A stretch of DNA of 64,000 nt from Auanema rhodensis (Eukaryota; Animalia; Nematoda). The stretch lies in contig OZ059899.1 of assembly GCA_964057225.1 (NCBI GenBank), positions 17,670,001 to 17,734,000 of the forward strand. Direction: 5' to 3'. The number at the start of each line of letters is the position of its first letter. Position 1 is the stretch's first letter. The notes beneath the pieces are model-generated. The model had not been told where the DNA came from. It ran no database searches and worked only from the letters and a program-made list of their open reading frames with translations. Position numbers and translations under genes: made by a program. Below are positions 1-11,900 of the stretch, in pieces.

Positions 1-18
1 TGCAGGGTGAAAATCTAG

Positions 19-40
19 GATATAAGTGTGAACTTATATC
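19..40. other. Dyad 1 of the monomer: 9-bp perfect stem GATATAAGT/ACTTATATC with a 4-nt GTGA loop (recurs in every monomer)
   Basis: 19-27 is the exact reverse complement of 32-40. Confidence 0.9.
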
Positions 41-50
41 AGTTGATATC

Positions 51-117
51 TCGGTGCATTTTTAAGCTAGCGCAAATCTGATAACACAGATCGACGCAGC
101 TTAAAAATCCGCATCGA
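51..117. other. Dyad 2 of the monomer: 67-nt imperfect hairpin (~26 bp paired, 11-bp perfect core)
   Basis: TCGGTGC(51-57)/GCATCGA(111-117) with one G-T pair; ATTTTTAAGCT(58-68)/AGCTTAAAAAT(98-108) perfect; GCG(70-72)/CGC(95-97); ATCTG(76-80)/CAGAT(87-91); loop ATAACA. Confidence 0.88.
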
Positions 118-191
118 ATGCACTATACTACATTGAAAAACGCTTAATACAAAAATTAGTTATGATCGTTTGAAAAAAGATGCATTAGTGT

Positions 192-219
192 ATGTTGAGT
201 TTCCATGTACACTCAACAT
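192..219. other. Dyad 3 of the monomer: 9-bp perfect stem ATGTTGAGT/ACTCAACAT with a 10-nt loop
   Basis: 192-200 is the exact reverse complement of 211-219. Confidence 0.9.
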
Positions 220-226
220 TGCTTCC

Positions 227-292
227 AAAAACATTTTGACAAAAATTTTTCCAAAAAATTTCAAAATAATTTCGCAAAAAGTAAATGTTTTT
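227..292. other. Dyad 4 and A-tract block of the monomer: AAAAACATTT/AAATGTTTTT arms enclosing closely spaced A/T tracts
   Basis: 227-236 is the reverse complement of 283-292. Internal palindrome AAAAATTTTT at 241-250. A-tracts roughly every 10-13 bp. Low complexity weakens significance. Confidence 0.65.
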
Positions 293-3200
293 AGATTCCT
301 TTTTTCAAGGCAAAGACGATGGACAATGTTATTCAACGAAAAAATTAATTCTGCAGGGTGAAAATCTAGGATATAAGTGTGAACTTATATCAGTTGATAT
401 CTCGGTGCATTTTTAAGCTAGCGCAAATCTGATAACACAGATCGACGCAGCTTAAAAATCCGCATCGAATGCACTATACTACATTGAAAAACGCTCAATA
501 CAAAAATTAGTTATGATCGTTTGAAAAATGATGCATTAGTGTATGTTGAGTTTCCATGTACACTCAACATTGCTTCCAAAAACATTTTGACAAAAATTTT
601 TCCAAAAAATTTCAAGATAATTTCGCAAAAAGTAAATGTTTTTAGATTCCTTTTTTCAAGGCAAAGACGATGGACAATGTTATTCAACGAAAAAATTAAT
701 TCTGCAGGGTGAAAATCGAGGATATAAGTGTGAACTTATATCAGTTGATATCTCGGTGCATTTTTAAGCTAGCGCAAATCTGATAACACAGATCGACGCA
801 GCTTAAAAATCCGCATCGAATGCACTATACTACATTGAAAAACGCTTAATACAAAAATTAGTTATGATCGTTTGAAAAATGATGCATTAGTGTATGTTGA
901 GTTTCCATGTACACTCAACATTGCTTCCAAAAACATTTTGACAAAAATTTTTCCGAAAAATTTCAAAATAATTTCGCAAAAAGTAGATGTTTTTAGATTC
1001 CTTTTTTCAAGGCAAAGACGATGGACAATGTTATTTAACGAAAAAATTAATTCTGCAGGGTGAAAATCGAGGATATAAGTGTGAACTTATATCAGTTGAT
1101 ATCTCGGTGCATTTTTAAGCTAGCGCAAATCTGATAACACAGATCGACGCAGCTTAAAAATCCGCATCGAATGCACTATACTACATTGAAAAACGCTTAA
1201 TACAAAAATTAGTTATGATCGTTTGAAAAAAGATGCATTAGTGTATGTTGAGTTTCCATGTACACTCAACATTGCTTCCAAAAACATTTTGACAAAAATT
1301 TTTCCAAAAAATTTCAAAATAATTTCGCAAAAAGTAAATGTTTTTAGATTCCTTTTTTCAAGGCAAAGACGATGGACAATGTTATTCAACGAAAAAATTA
1401 ATTCTGCAGGGTGAAAATCTAGGATATAAGTGTGAACTTATATCAGTTGATATCTCGGTGCATTTTTAAGCTAGCGCAAATCTGATAACACAGATCGACG
1501 CAGCTTAAAAATCCGCATCGAATGCACTATACTACATTGAAAAACGCTTAATACAAAAATTAGTTATGATCGTTTGAAAAAAGATGCATTAGTGTATGTT
1601 GAGTTTCCATGTACACTCAACATTGCTTCCAAAAACATTTTGACAAAAATTTTTCCAAAAAATTTCAAAATAATTTCGCAAAAAGTAAATGTTTTTAGAT
1701 TCCTTTTTTCAAGGCAAAGACGATGGACAATGTTATTCAACGAAAAAATTAATTCTGCAGGGTGAAAATCTAGGATATAAGTGTGAACTTATATCAGTTG
1801 ATATCTCGGTGCATTTTTAAGCTAGCGCAAATCTGATAACACAGATCGACGCAGCTTAAAAATCCGCATCGAATGCACTATACTACATTGAAAAACGCTT
1901 AATACAAAAATTAGTGATGATCGTTTGAAAAAAGATGCATTAGTGTATGTTGAGTTTCCATGTACACTCAACATTGCTTCCAAAAACATTTTGACAAAAA
2001 TTTTTCCAAAAAATTTCAAAATAATTTCGCAAAAAGTAAATGTTTTTAGATTCCTTTTTTCAAGGCAAAGACGATGGACAATGTTATTCAACGAAAAAAT
2101 TAATTCTGCAGGGTGAAAATCTAGGATATAAGTGTGAACTTATATCAGTTGATATCTCGGTGCATTTTTAAGCTAGCGCAAATCTGATAACACAGATCGA
2201 CGCAGCTTAAAAATCCGCATCGAATGCACTATACTACATTGAAAAACGCTCAATACAAAAATTAGTTATGATCGTTTGAAAAATGATGCATTAGTGTATG
2301 TTGAGTTTCCATGTACACTCAACATTGCTTCCAAAAACATTTTGACAAAAATTTTTCCAAAAAATTTCAAGATAATTTCGCAAAAAGTAAATGTTTTTAG
2401 ATTCCTTTTTTCAAGGCAAAGACGATGGACAATGTTATTCAACGAAAAAATTAATTCTGCAGGGTGAAAATCGAGGATATAAGTGTGAACTTATATCAGT
2501 TGATATCTCGGTGCATTTTTAAGCTAGCGCAAATCTGATAACACAGATCGACGCAGCTTAAAAATCCGCATCGAATGCACTATACTACATTGAAAAACGC
2601 TTAATACAAAAATTAGTTATGATCGTTTGAAAAATGATGCATTAGTGTATGTTGAGTTTCCATGTACACTCAACATTGCTTCCAAAAACATTTTGACAAA
2701 AATTTTTCCGAAAAATTTCAAAATAATTTCGCAAAAAGTAGATGTTTTTAGATTCCTTTTTTCAAGGCAAAGACGATGGACAATGTTATTTAACGAAAAA
2801 ATTAATTCTGCAGGGTGAAAATCGAGGATATAAGTGTGAACTTATATCAGTTGATATCTCGGTGCATTTTTAAGCTAGCGCAAATCTGATAACACAGATC
2901 GACGCAGCTTAAAAATCCGCATCGAATGCACTATACTACATTGAAAAACGCTTAATACAAAAATTAGTTATGATTGTTTGAAAAAAGATGCATTAGTGTA
3001 TGTTGAGTTTCCATGTACACTCAACATTGCTTCCAAAAACATTTTGACAAAAATTTTTCCAAAAAATTTCAAAATAATTTCGCAAAAAGTAAATGTTTTT
3101 AGATTCCTTTTTTCAAGGCAAAGACGATGGACAATGTTATTCAACGAAAAAATTAATTCTGCAGGGTGAAAATCTAGGATATAAGTGTGAACTTATATCA

Positions 3201-5434
3201 GTTGATATCTCGGTGCATTTTTAAGCTAGCGCAAATCTGATAACACAGATCGACGCAGCTTAAAAATCCGCATCGAATGCACTATACTACATTGAGAAAT
3301 GCTTGATACAAAAATTAGTTATGATCGTTTGAAAAAAGATGCATTAGTGTATGTTGAGTTTCCATGTACACTCAACATTGCTTCCAAAAACATTTTGACA
3401 AAAATTTTTCCGAAAAATTTCAAAATAATTTTGCAAAAAGTAGATGTTTTTAGATTCCTTTTTTCAAGGCAAAGACGATGGACAATGTTATTCAACGAAA
3501 AAATTAATTCTCCAGGGTGAAAATCGAGGATGTAAGTGTGAACTTATATCAGTTGATATCTCGGTGCATTTTTAAGCTAGCGCAAATCTGATAACACAGA
3601 TCGACGCAGCTTAAAAATCCGCATCGAATGCACTATACAACATTGAGAAACGCTTAATACAAAAATTAGTTATGATCGTTTGAAAAATGATGCATTAGTG
3701 TATGTTGAGTTTCCATGTACACTCAACATTGCTTCCAAAAACATTTTGACAAAAATTTTTCCAAAAAATTTCAAAATAATTTCGCAAAAAGTAAATGTTT
3801 TTAGATTCCTTTTTTCAAGGCAAAGACGATGGACAATGTTATTCAACGAAAAAATTAATTCTGCAGGGTGAAAATCTAGGATATAAGTGTGAACTTATAT
3901 CAGTTGATATCTCGGTGCATTTTTAAGCTAGCGCAAATCTGATAACACAGATCGACGCAGCTTAAAAATCCGCATCGAATTCACTATACTACATTGAAAA
4001 ACGCTTAATACAAAAATTAGTTATGATTGTTTGAAAAAAGATGCATTAGTGTATGTTGAGTTTCCATGTACACTCAACATTGCTTCCAAAAACATTTTGA
4101 CAAAAATTTTTCCGAAAAATTTCAAAATAATTTTGCAAAAAGTAGATGTTTTTAGATTCCTTTTTTCAAGGCAAAGACGATGGACAAAGTTATTCAACGA
4201 AAAAATTAATTCTGCAGGGTGAAAATCGAGGATATAAGTGTGAACTTATATCAGTTGATATCTCGGTGCATTTTTAAGCTAGCGCAAATCTGATAACACA
4301 GATCGACGCAGCTTAAAAATCCGCATCGATTGCACTATACTACATTGAGAAACGCATAATACAAAACTTAGTTATGATCGTTTGAAAAAAGATGCATTAG
4401 TGTATGTTGAGTTTCCATGTACACTCAACATTGCTTCCAAAAACATTTTTACAAAAATTTTTCCGAAAAATTTCGAAATAATTTCGCAAAAAGTAGATGT
4501 TTTTAGAATCCTTTTTTCAAGGCAAAGACGATGGACATTGTTATTCAACGAAAAAATTGATTCTGCAGGGTGAAAATCGAGGATATAAGTGTGAACTTAT
4601 ATCAGTTGATATCTCGGTGCATTTTTAAGCTAGCGCAAATCTGATAACACAGATCGACGCAGCTTAAAAATCCGCATCAAATGCACTATACTACATTGAA
4701 AAACGCTTAATACAAAAATTAGTTATGATCGTTTGAAAAATGATGCATTAGTGTATGTTGAGTTTCCATGTACACTCAACATTGCTTCCAAAAACATTTT
4801 GACAAAAATTTTTCCGAAAAATTTCAAAATAATTTCGCAAAAAGTAGATGTTTTTAGATTCCTTTTTTCAAGGCAAAGACGATGGACAATGTTATTCAAC
4901 GAAAAATTTAATTCTGCAGGGTGAAAATCGAGGATATAAGTGTGAACTTATATCAGTTGATATCTCGGTGCATTTTTAAGCTAGCGCAAATCTGATAACA
5001 CAGATCGACGCAGCTTAAAAATCCGCATCGAATGCACTATACTACATTGAAAAACGCTTAATACAAAAATTAGTTATGATCGTTTGAAAAATGATGCATT
5101 AGTGTATGTTGAGTTTCCATGTACACTCAACATTGCTTCCAAAAACATTTTGACAAAAATTTTTCCAAAAAATTTCAAAATAATTTCGCAAAAAGTAAAA
5201 GTTTTTAGATTTCTTTTTTCAAGGCAAAGACGATGGACAATGTTATTCAACGAAAAAATTAATTCTGCAGGGTGAAAATCGAGGATATAAGTGTGAACTT
5301 ATATCAGTTGTTATCTCGGTGCATTTTTAAGCTAGCGCAAATCTGATAACACAGATCGACGCAGCTTAAAAATCCGCATCGATTGCACTATACTACATTG
5401 AAAAACGCTTAATACAAAAATTAGTTATGATTGT

Positions 5435-8400
5435 TTGAAAAAAGATGCATTAGTGTATGTTGAGTTTCCATGTACACTCAACATTGCTTCCAAAAACATT
5501 TTGACAAAAATTTTTCCAAAAAATTTCAAGATAATTACGCAAAAAGTAAATGTTTTTAGATTCCTTTTTTCAAGGCAAAGACGATGGACAATGTTATTCA
5601 ACGAAAAAATTAATTCTGCAGGGTGAAAATCGAGGATATAAGTGTGAACTTATATCAGTTGATATCTCGGTGCATTTTTAAGCTAGCGCAAATCTGATAA
5701 CACAGATCGACGCAGCTTAAAAATCCGCATCGAATGCACTATACTACATTGAAAAACGCTTAATACAAAAATTAGTTATGATCGTTTGAAAAATGATGCA
5801 TTAGTGTATGTTGAGTTTCCATGTACACTCAACATTGCTTCCAAAAACATTTTGACAAAAATTTTTCCAAAAAATTTCAAAATAATTTCGCAAAAAGTAA
5901 ATGTTTTTAGATTCCTTTTTTCAAGGCAAAGACGATGGACAATGTTATTCAACGAAAAAATTAATTCTGCAGGGTGAAAATCGAGGATATAAGTGTGAAC
6001 TTATATCAGTTGATATCTCGGTGCATTTTTAAGCTAGCGCAAATCTGATAACACAGATCGACGCAGCTTAAAAATCCGCATCGAATGCACTATACTACAT
6101 TGAGAAATGCTTGATACAAAAATTAGTTATGATCGTTTGAAAAAAGATGCATTAGTGTATGTTGAGTTTCCATGTACACTCAACATTGCTTCCAAAAACA
6201 TTTTGACAAAAATTTTTCCGAAAAATTTCAAAATAATTTTGCAAAAAGTAGATGTTTTTAGATTCCTTTTTTCAAGGCAAAGACGATGGACAAAGTTATT
6301 CAACGAAAAAATTAATTCTGCAGGGTGAAAATCGAGGATATAAGTGTGAACTTATATCAGTTGATATCTCGGTGCATTTTTAAGCTAGCGCAAATCTGAT
6401 AACACAGATCGACGCAGCTTAAAAATCCGCATCGAATGCACTATACTACATTGAAAAACGCTTAATACAAAAATTAGTTATGATCGTTTGAAAAAAGATG
6501 CATTAGTGTATGTTGAGTTTCCATGTACACTCAACATTGCTTCCAAAAACATTTTGACAAAAATTTTTCCGAAAAATTTCAAAATAATTTTGCAAAAAGT
6601 AGATGTTTTTAGATTCCTTTTTTCAAGGCAAAGACGATGGACAAAGTTATTCAACGAAAAAATTAATTCTGCAGGGTGAAAATCGAGGATATAAGTGTGA
6701 ACTTATATCAGTTGATATCTCGGTGCATTTTTAAGCTAGCGCAAATCTGATAACACAGATCGACGCAGCTTAAAAATCCGCATCGATTGCACTATACTAC
6801 ATTGAGAAACGCATAATACAAAACTTAGTTATGATCGTTTGAAAAAAGATGCATTAGTGTATGTTGAGTTTCCATGTACACTCAACATTGCTTCCAAAAA
6901 CATTTTTACAAAAATTTTTCCGAAAAATTTCGAAATAATTTCGCAAAAAGTAGATGTTTTTAGAATCCTTTTTTCAAGGCAAAGACGATGGACATTGTTA
7001 TTCAACGAAAAAATTAATTCTGCAGGGTGAAAATCGAGGATATAAGTGTGAACTTATATCAGTTGATATCTCGGTGCATTTTTAAGCTAGCGCAAATCTG
7101 ATAACACAGATCGACGCAGCTTAAAAATCCGCATCGATTGCACTATACTACATTGAAAAACGCTTAATACAAAAATTAGTTATGATTGTTTGAAAAAAGA
7201 TGCATTAGTGTATGTTGAGTTTCCATGTACACTCAACATTGCTTCCAAAAACATTTTGACAAAAATTTTTCCAAAAAATTTCAAGATAATTACGCAAAAA
7301 GTAAATGTTTTTAGATTCCTTTTTTCAAGGCAAAGACGATGGACAATGTTATTCAACGAAAAAATTAATTCTGCAGGGTGAAAATCGAGGATATAAGTGT
7401 GAACTTATATCAGTTGATATCTCGGTGCATTTTTAAGCTAGCGCAAATCTGATAACACAGATCGACGCAGCTTAAAAATCCGCATCGAATGCACTATACT
7501 ACATTGAAAAACGCTTAATACAAAAATTAGTTATGATCGTTTGAAAAATGATGCATTAGTGTATGTTGAGTTTCCATGTACACTCAACATTGCTTCCAAA
7601 AACATTTTGACAAAAATTTTTCCAAAAAATTTCAAAATAATTTCGCAAAAAGTAAATGTTTTTAGATTCCTTTTTTCAAGGCAAAGACGATGGACAATGT
7701 TATTCAACGAAAAAATTAATTCTGCAGGGTGAAAATCGAGGATATAAGTGTGAACTTATATCAGTTGATATCTCGGTGCATTTTTAAGCTAGCGCAAATC
7801 TGATAACACAGATCGACGCAGCTTAAAAATCCGCATCGAATGCACTATACTACATTGAGAAATGCTTGATACAAAAATTAGTTATGATCGTTTGAAAAAA
7901 GATGCATTAGTGTATGTTGAGTTTCCATGTACACTCAACATTGCTTCCAAAAACATTTTGACAAAAATTTTTCCGAAAAATTTCAAAATAATTTTGCAAA
8001 AAGTAGATGTTTTTAGATTCCTTTTTTCAAGGCAAAGACGATGGACAAAGTTATTCAACGAAAAAATTAATTCTGCAGGGTGAAAATCGAGGATATAAGT
8101 GTGAACTTATATCAGTTGATATCTCGGTGCATTTTTAAGCTAGCGCAAATCTGATAACACAGATCGACGCAGCTTAAAAATCCGCATCGAATGCACTATA
8201 CTACATTGAAAAACGCTTAATACAAAAATTAGTTATGATCGTTTGAAAAAAGATGCATTAGTGTATGTTGAGTTTCCATGTACACTCAACATTGCTTCCA
8301 AAAACATTTTGACAAAAATTTTTCCGAAAAATTTCAAAATAATTTTGCAAAAAGTAGATGTTTTTAGATTCCTTTTTTCAAGGCAAAGACGATGGACAAA

Positions 8401-8944
8401 GTTATTCAACGAAAAAATTAATTCTGCAGGGTGAAAATCGAGGATATAAGTGTGAACTTATATCAGTTGATATCTCGGTGCATTTTTAAGCTAGCGCAAA
8501 TCTGATAACACAGATCGACGCAGCTTAAAAATCCGCATCGATTGCACTATACTACATTGAGAAACGCATAATACAAAACTTAGTTATGATCGTTTGAAAA
8601 AAGATGCATTAGTGTATGTTGAGTTTCCATGTACACTCAACATTGCTTCCAAAAACATTTTTACAAAAATTTTTCCGAAAAATTTCGAAATAATTTCGCA
8701 AAAAGTAGATGTTTTTAGAATCCTTTTTTCAAGGCAAAGACGATGGAAATTGTTATTCAACGAAAAAATTGATTCTGCAGGGTGAAAATCGAGGATATAA
8801 GTGTGAACTTATATCAGTTGATATCTCGGTGCATTTTTAAGCTAGCGCAAATCTGATAACACAGATCGACGCAGCTTAAAAATCCGCATCGAATGCACTA
8901 TACTACATTGAAAAACGCTTAATACAAAAATTAGTTATGATCGT
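5435..8944 (+). repeat. Local higher-order repeat: 5-monomer (1755-bp) unit, two copies
   Basis: The same ordered diagnostic monomers recur at +1755: 5435/7190 (ATTACG), 6107/7862 (ATGCTTGAT), 6488/8243 (TTTTGC, ACAAAG), 6839/8594 (TTTTAC, TTCGAA, GAATCC). Boundaries approximate. Confidence 0.85.
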
Positions 8945-11900
8945 TTGAAAAATGATGCATTAGTGTATGTTGAGTTTCCATGTACACTCAACATTGCTTC
9001 CAAAAACATTTTGACAAAAATTTTTCCAAAAAATTTCAAAATAATTTCGCAAAAAGTAAAAGTTTTTAGATTTCTTTTTTCAAGGCAAAGACGATGGACA
9101 ATGTTATTCAACGAAAAAATTAATTCTGCAGGGTGAAAATCGAGGATATAAGTGTGAACTTATATCAGTTGATATCTCGGTGCATTTTTAAGCTAGCGCA
9201 AATCTGATAACACAGATCGACGCAGCTTAAAAATCCGCATCGAATGCACTATACTACATTGAAAAACGCTTAATACAAAAATTAGTTATGATCGTTTGAA
9301 AAAAGATGCATTAGTGTATGTTGAGTTTCCATGTACACTCAACATTGCTTCCAAAAACATTTTGACAAAAATTTTTCCAAAAAATTTCAAAATAATTTCG
9401 CAAAAAGTAAATGTTTTTAGATTCCTTTTTTCAAGGCAAAGACGATGGACAATGTTATTCAACGAAAAAATTAATTCTGCAGGGTGAAAATCTAGGATAT
9501 AAGTGTGAACTTATATCAGTTGATATCTCGGTGCATTTTTAAGCTAGCGCAAATCTGATAACACAGATCGACGCAGCTTAAAAATCCGCATCGAATTCAC
9601 TATACTACATTGAAAAACGCTTAATACAAAAATTAGTTATGATTGTTTGAAAAAAGATGCATTAGTGTATGTTGAGTTTCCATGTACACTCAACATTGCT
9701 TCCAAAAACATTTTGACAAAAATTTTTCCGAAAAATTTCAAAATAATTTTGCAAAAAGTAGATGTTTTTAGATTCCTTTTTTCAAGGCAAAGACGATGGA
9801 CAAAGTTATTCAACGAAAAAATTAATTCTGCAGGGTGAAAATCGACGATATAAGTGTGAACTTATATCAGTTGATATCTCGGTGCATTTTTAAGCTAGCG
9901 CAAATCTGATAACACAGATCGACGCAGCTTAAAAATCCGCATCGATTGCACTATACTACATTGAGAAACGCATAATACAAAACTTAGTTATGATCGTTTG
10001 AAAAAAGATGCATTAGTGTATGTTGAGTTTCCATGTACACTCAACATTGCTTCCAAAAACATTTTTACAAAAATTTTTCCGAAAAATTTCGAAATAATTT
10101 CGCAAAAAGTAGATGTTTTTAGAATCCTTTTTTCAAGGCAAAGACGATGGACATTGTTATTCAACGAAAAAATTGATTCTGCAGGGTGAAAATCGAGGAT
10201 ATAAGTGTGAACTTATATCAGTTGATATCTCGGTGCATTTTTAAGCTAGCGCAAATCTGATAACACAGATCGACGCAGCTTAAAAATCCGCATCAAATGC
10301 ACTATACTACATTGAAAAACGCTTAATACAAAAATTAGTTATGATCGTTTGAAAAAAGATGCATTAGTGTATGTTGAGTTTCCATGTACACTCAACATTG
10401 CTTCCAAAAACATTTTGACAAAAATTTTTCCGAAAAATTTCAAAATAATTTCGCAAAAAGTAGATGTTTTTAGATTCCTTTTTTCAAGGCAAAGACGATG
10501 GACAATGTTATTCAACGAAAAATTTAATTCTGCAGGGTGAAAATCGAGGATATAAGTGTGAACTTATATCAGTTGATATCTCGGTGCATTTTTAAGCTAG
10601 CGCAAATCTGATAACACAGATCGACGCAGCTTAAAAATCCGCATCGAATGCACTATACTACATTGAAAAACGCTTAATACAAAAATTAGTTATGATCGTT
10701 TGAAAAATGATGCATTAGTGTATGTTGAGTTTCCATGTACACTCAACATTGCTTCCAAAAACATTTTGACAAAAATTTTTCCAAAAAATTTCAAAATAAT
10801 TTCGCAAAAAGTAAAAGTTTTTAGATTTCTTTTTTCAAGGCAAAGACGATGGACAATGTTATTCAACGAAAAAATTAATTCTGCAGGGTGAAAATCGAGG
10901 ATATAAGTGTGAACTTATATCAGTTGATATCTCGGTGCATTTTTAAGCTAGCGCAAATCTGATAACACAGATCGACGCAGCTTAAAAATCCGCATCGATT
11001 GCACTATACTACATTGAGAAACGCTTAATACAAAAATTAGTTATGATCGTTTGAAAAAAGATGCATTAGTGTATGTTGAGTTTCCATGTACACTCAACAT
11101 TGCTTCCAAAAACATTTTGACAAAAATTTTTCCAAAAAATTTCAAAATAATTTCGCAAAAAGTAAATGTTTTTAGATTCCTTTTTTCAAGGCAAAGACGA
11201 TGGACAATGTTATTCAACGAAAAAATTAATTCTGCAGGGTGAAAATCTAGGATATAAGTGTGAACTTATATCAGTTGATATCTCGGTGCATTTTTAAGCT
11301 AGCGCAAATCTGATAACACAGATCGACGCAGCTTAAAAATCCGCATCGAATTCACTATACTACATTGAAAAACGCTTAATACAAAAATTAGTTATGATTG
11401 TTTGAAAAAAGATGCATTAGTGTATGTTGAGTTTCCATGTACACTCAACATTGCTTCCAAAAACATTTTGACAAAAATTTTTCCAAAAAATTTCAAGATA
11501 ATTTCGCAAAAAGTAAATGTTTTTAGATTCCTTTTTTCAAGGCAAAGACGATGGACAATGTTATTCAACGAAAAAATTAATTCTGCAGGGTGAAAATCGA
11601 GGATATAAGTGTGAACTTATATCAGTTGATATCTCGGTGCATTTTTAAGCTAGCGCAAATCTGATAACATAGATCGACGCAGCTTAAAAATCCGCATCGA
11701 ATGCACTATACTACATTAAAAAACGCTTAATACAAAAATTAGTTATGATCGTTTGAAAAATGATGCATTAGTGTATGTTGAGTTTCCATGTACACTCAAC
11801 ATTGCTTCCAAAAACATTTTGACAAAAATTTTTCCGAAAAATTTCAAAATAATTTCGCAAAAAGTAGATGTTTTTAGATTCCTTTTTTCAAGGCAAAGAC

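Noticed and set aside
78-140. Hammerhead ribozyme or retrozyme (CTGATAA resembles CUGANGA, and the monomer size fits)
   Set aside because: The core has A in place of the conserved G, and no stem II followed by GAAA and stem III is correctly placed. The minus strand has only CTGATAT. An Infernal/RNAMotif scan would be the formal test.
170-361. 63-aa ORF repeated in nearly every monomer (plus 73- and 81-aa variants)
   Set aside because: It starts at TTG and has the K/F/I/N-rich composition typical of AT-rich DNA, with no recognisable domain. Many variants are non-synonymous, and frameshifts, start loss and deletions are tolerated and even duplicated. It recurs only because the monomer does.
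1822-2091. Minus-strand 62-89 aa ORFs (also 13054, 17617, 24379, 38822)
   Set aside because: They arise from single SNPs that remove a stop or add an alternative start in antisense satellite sequence.
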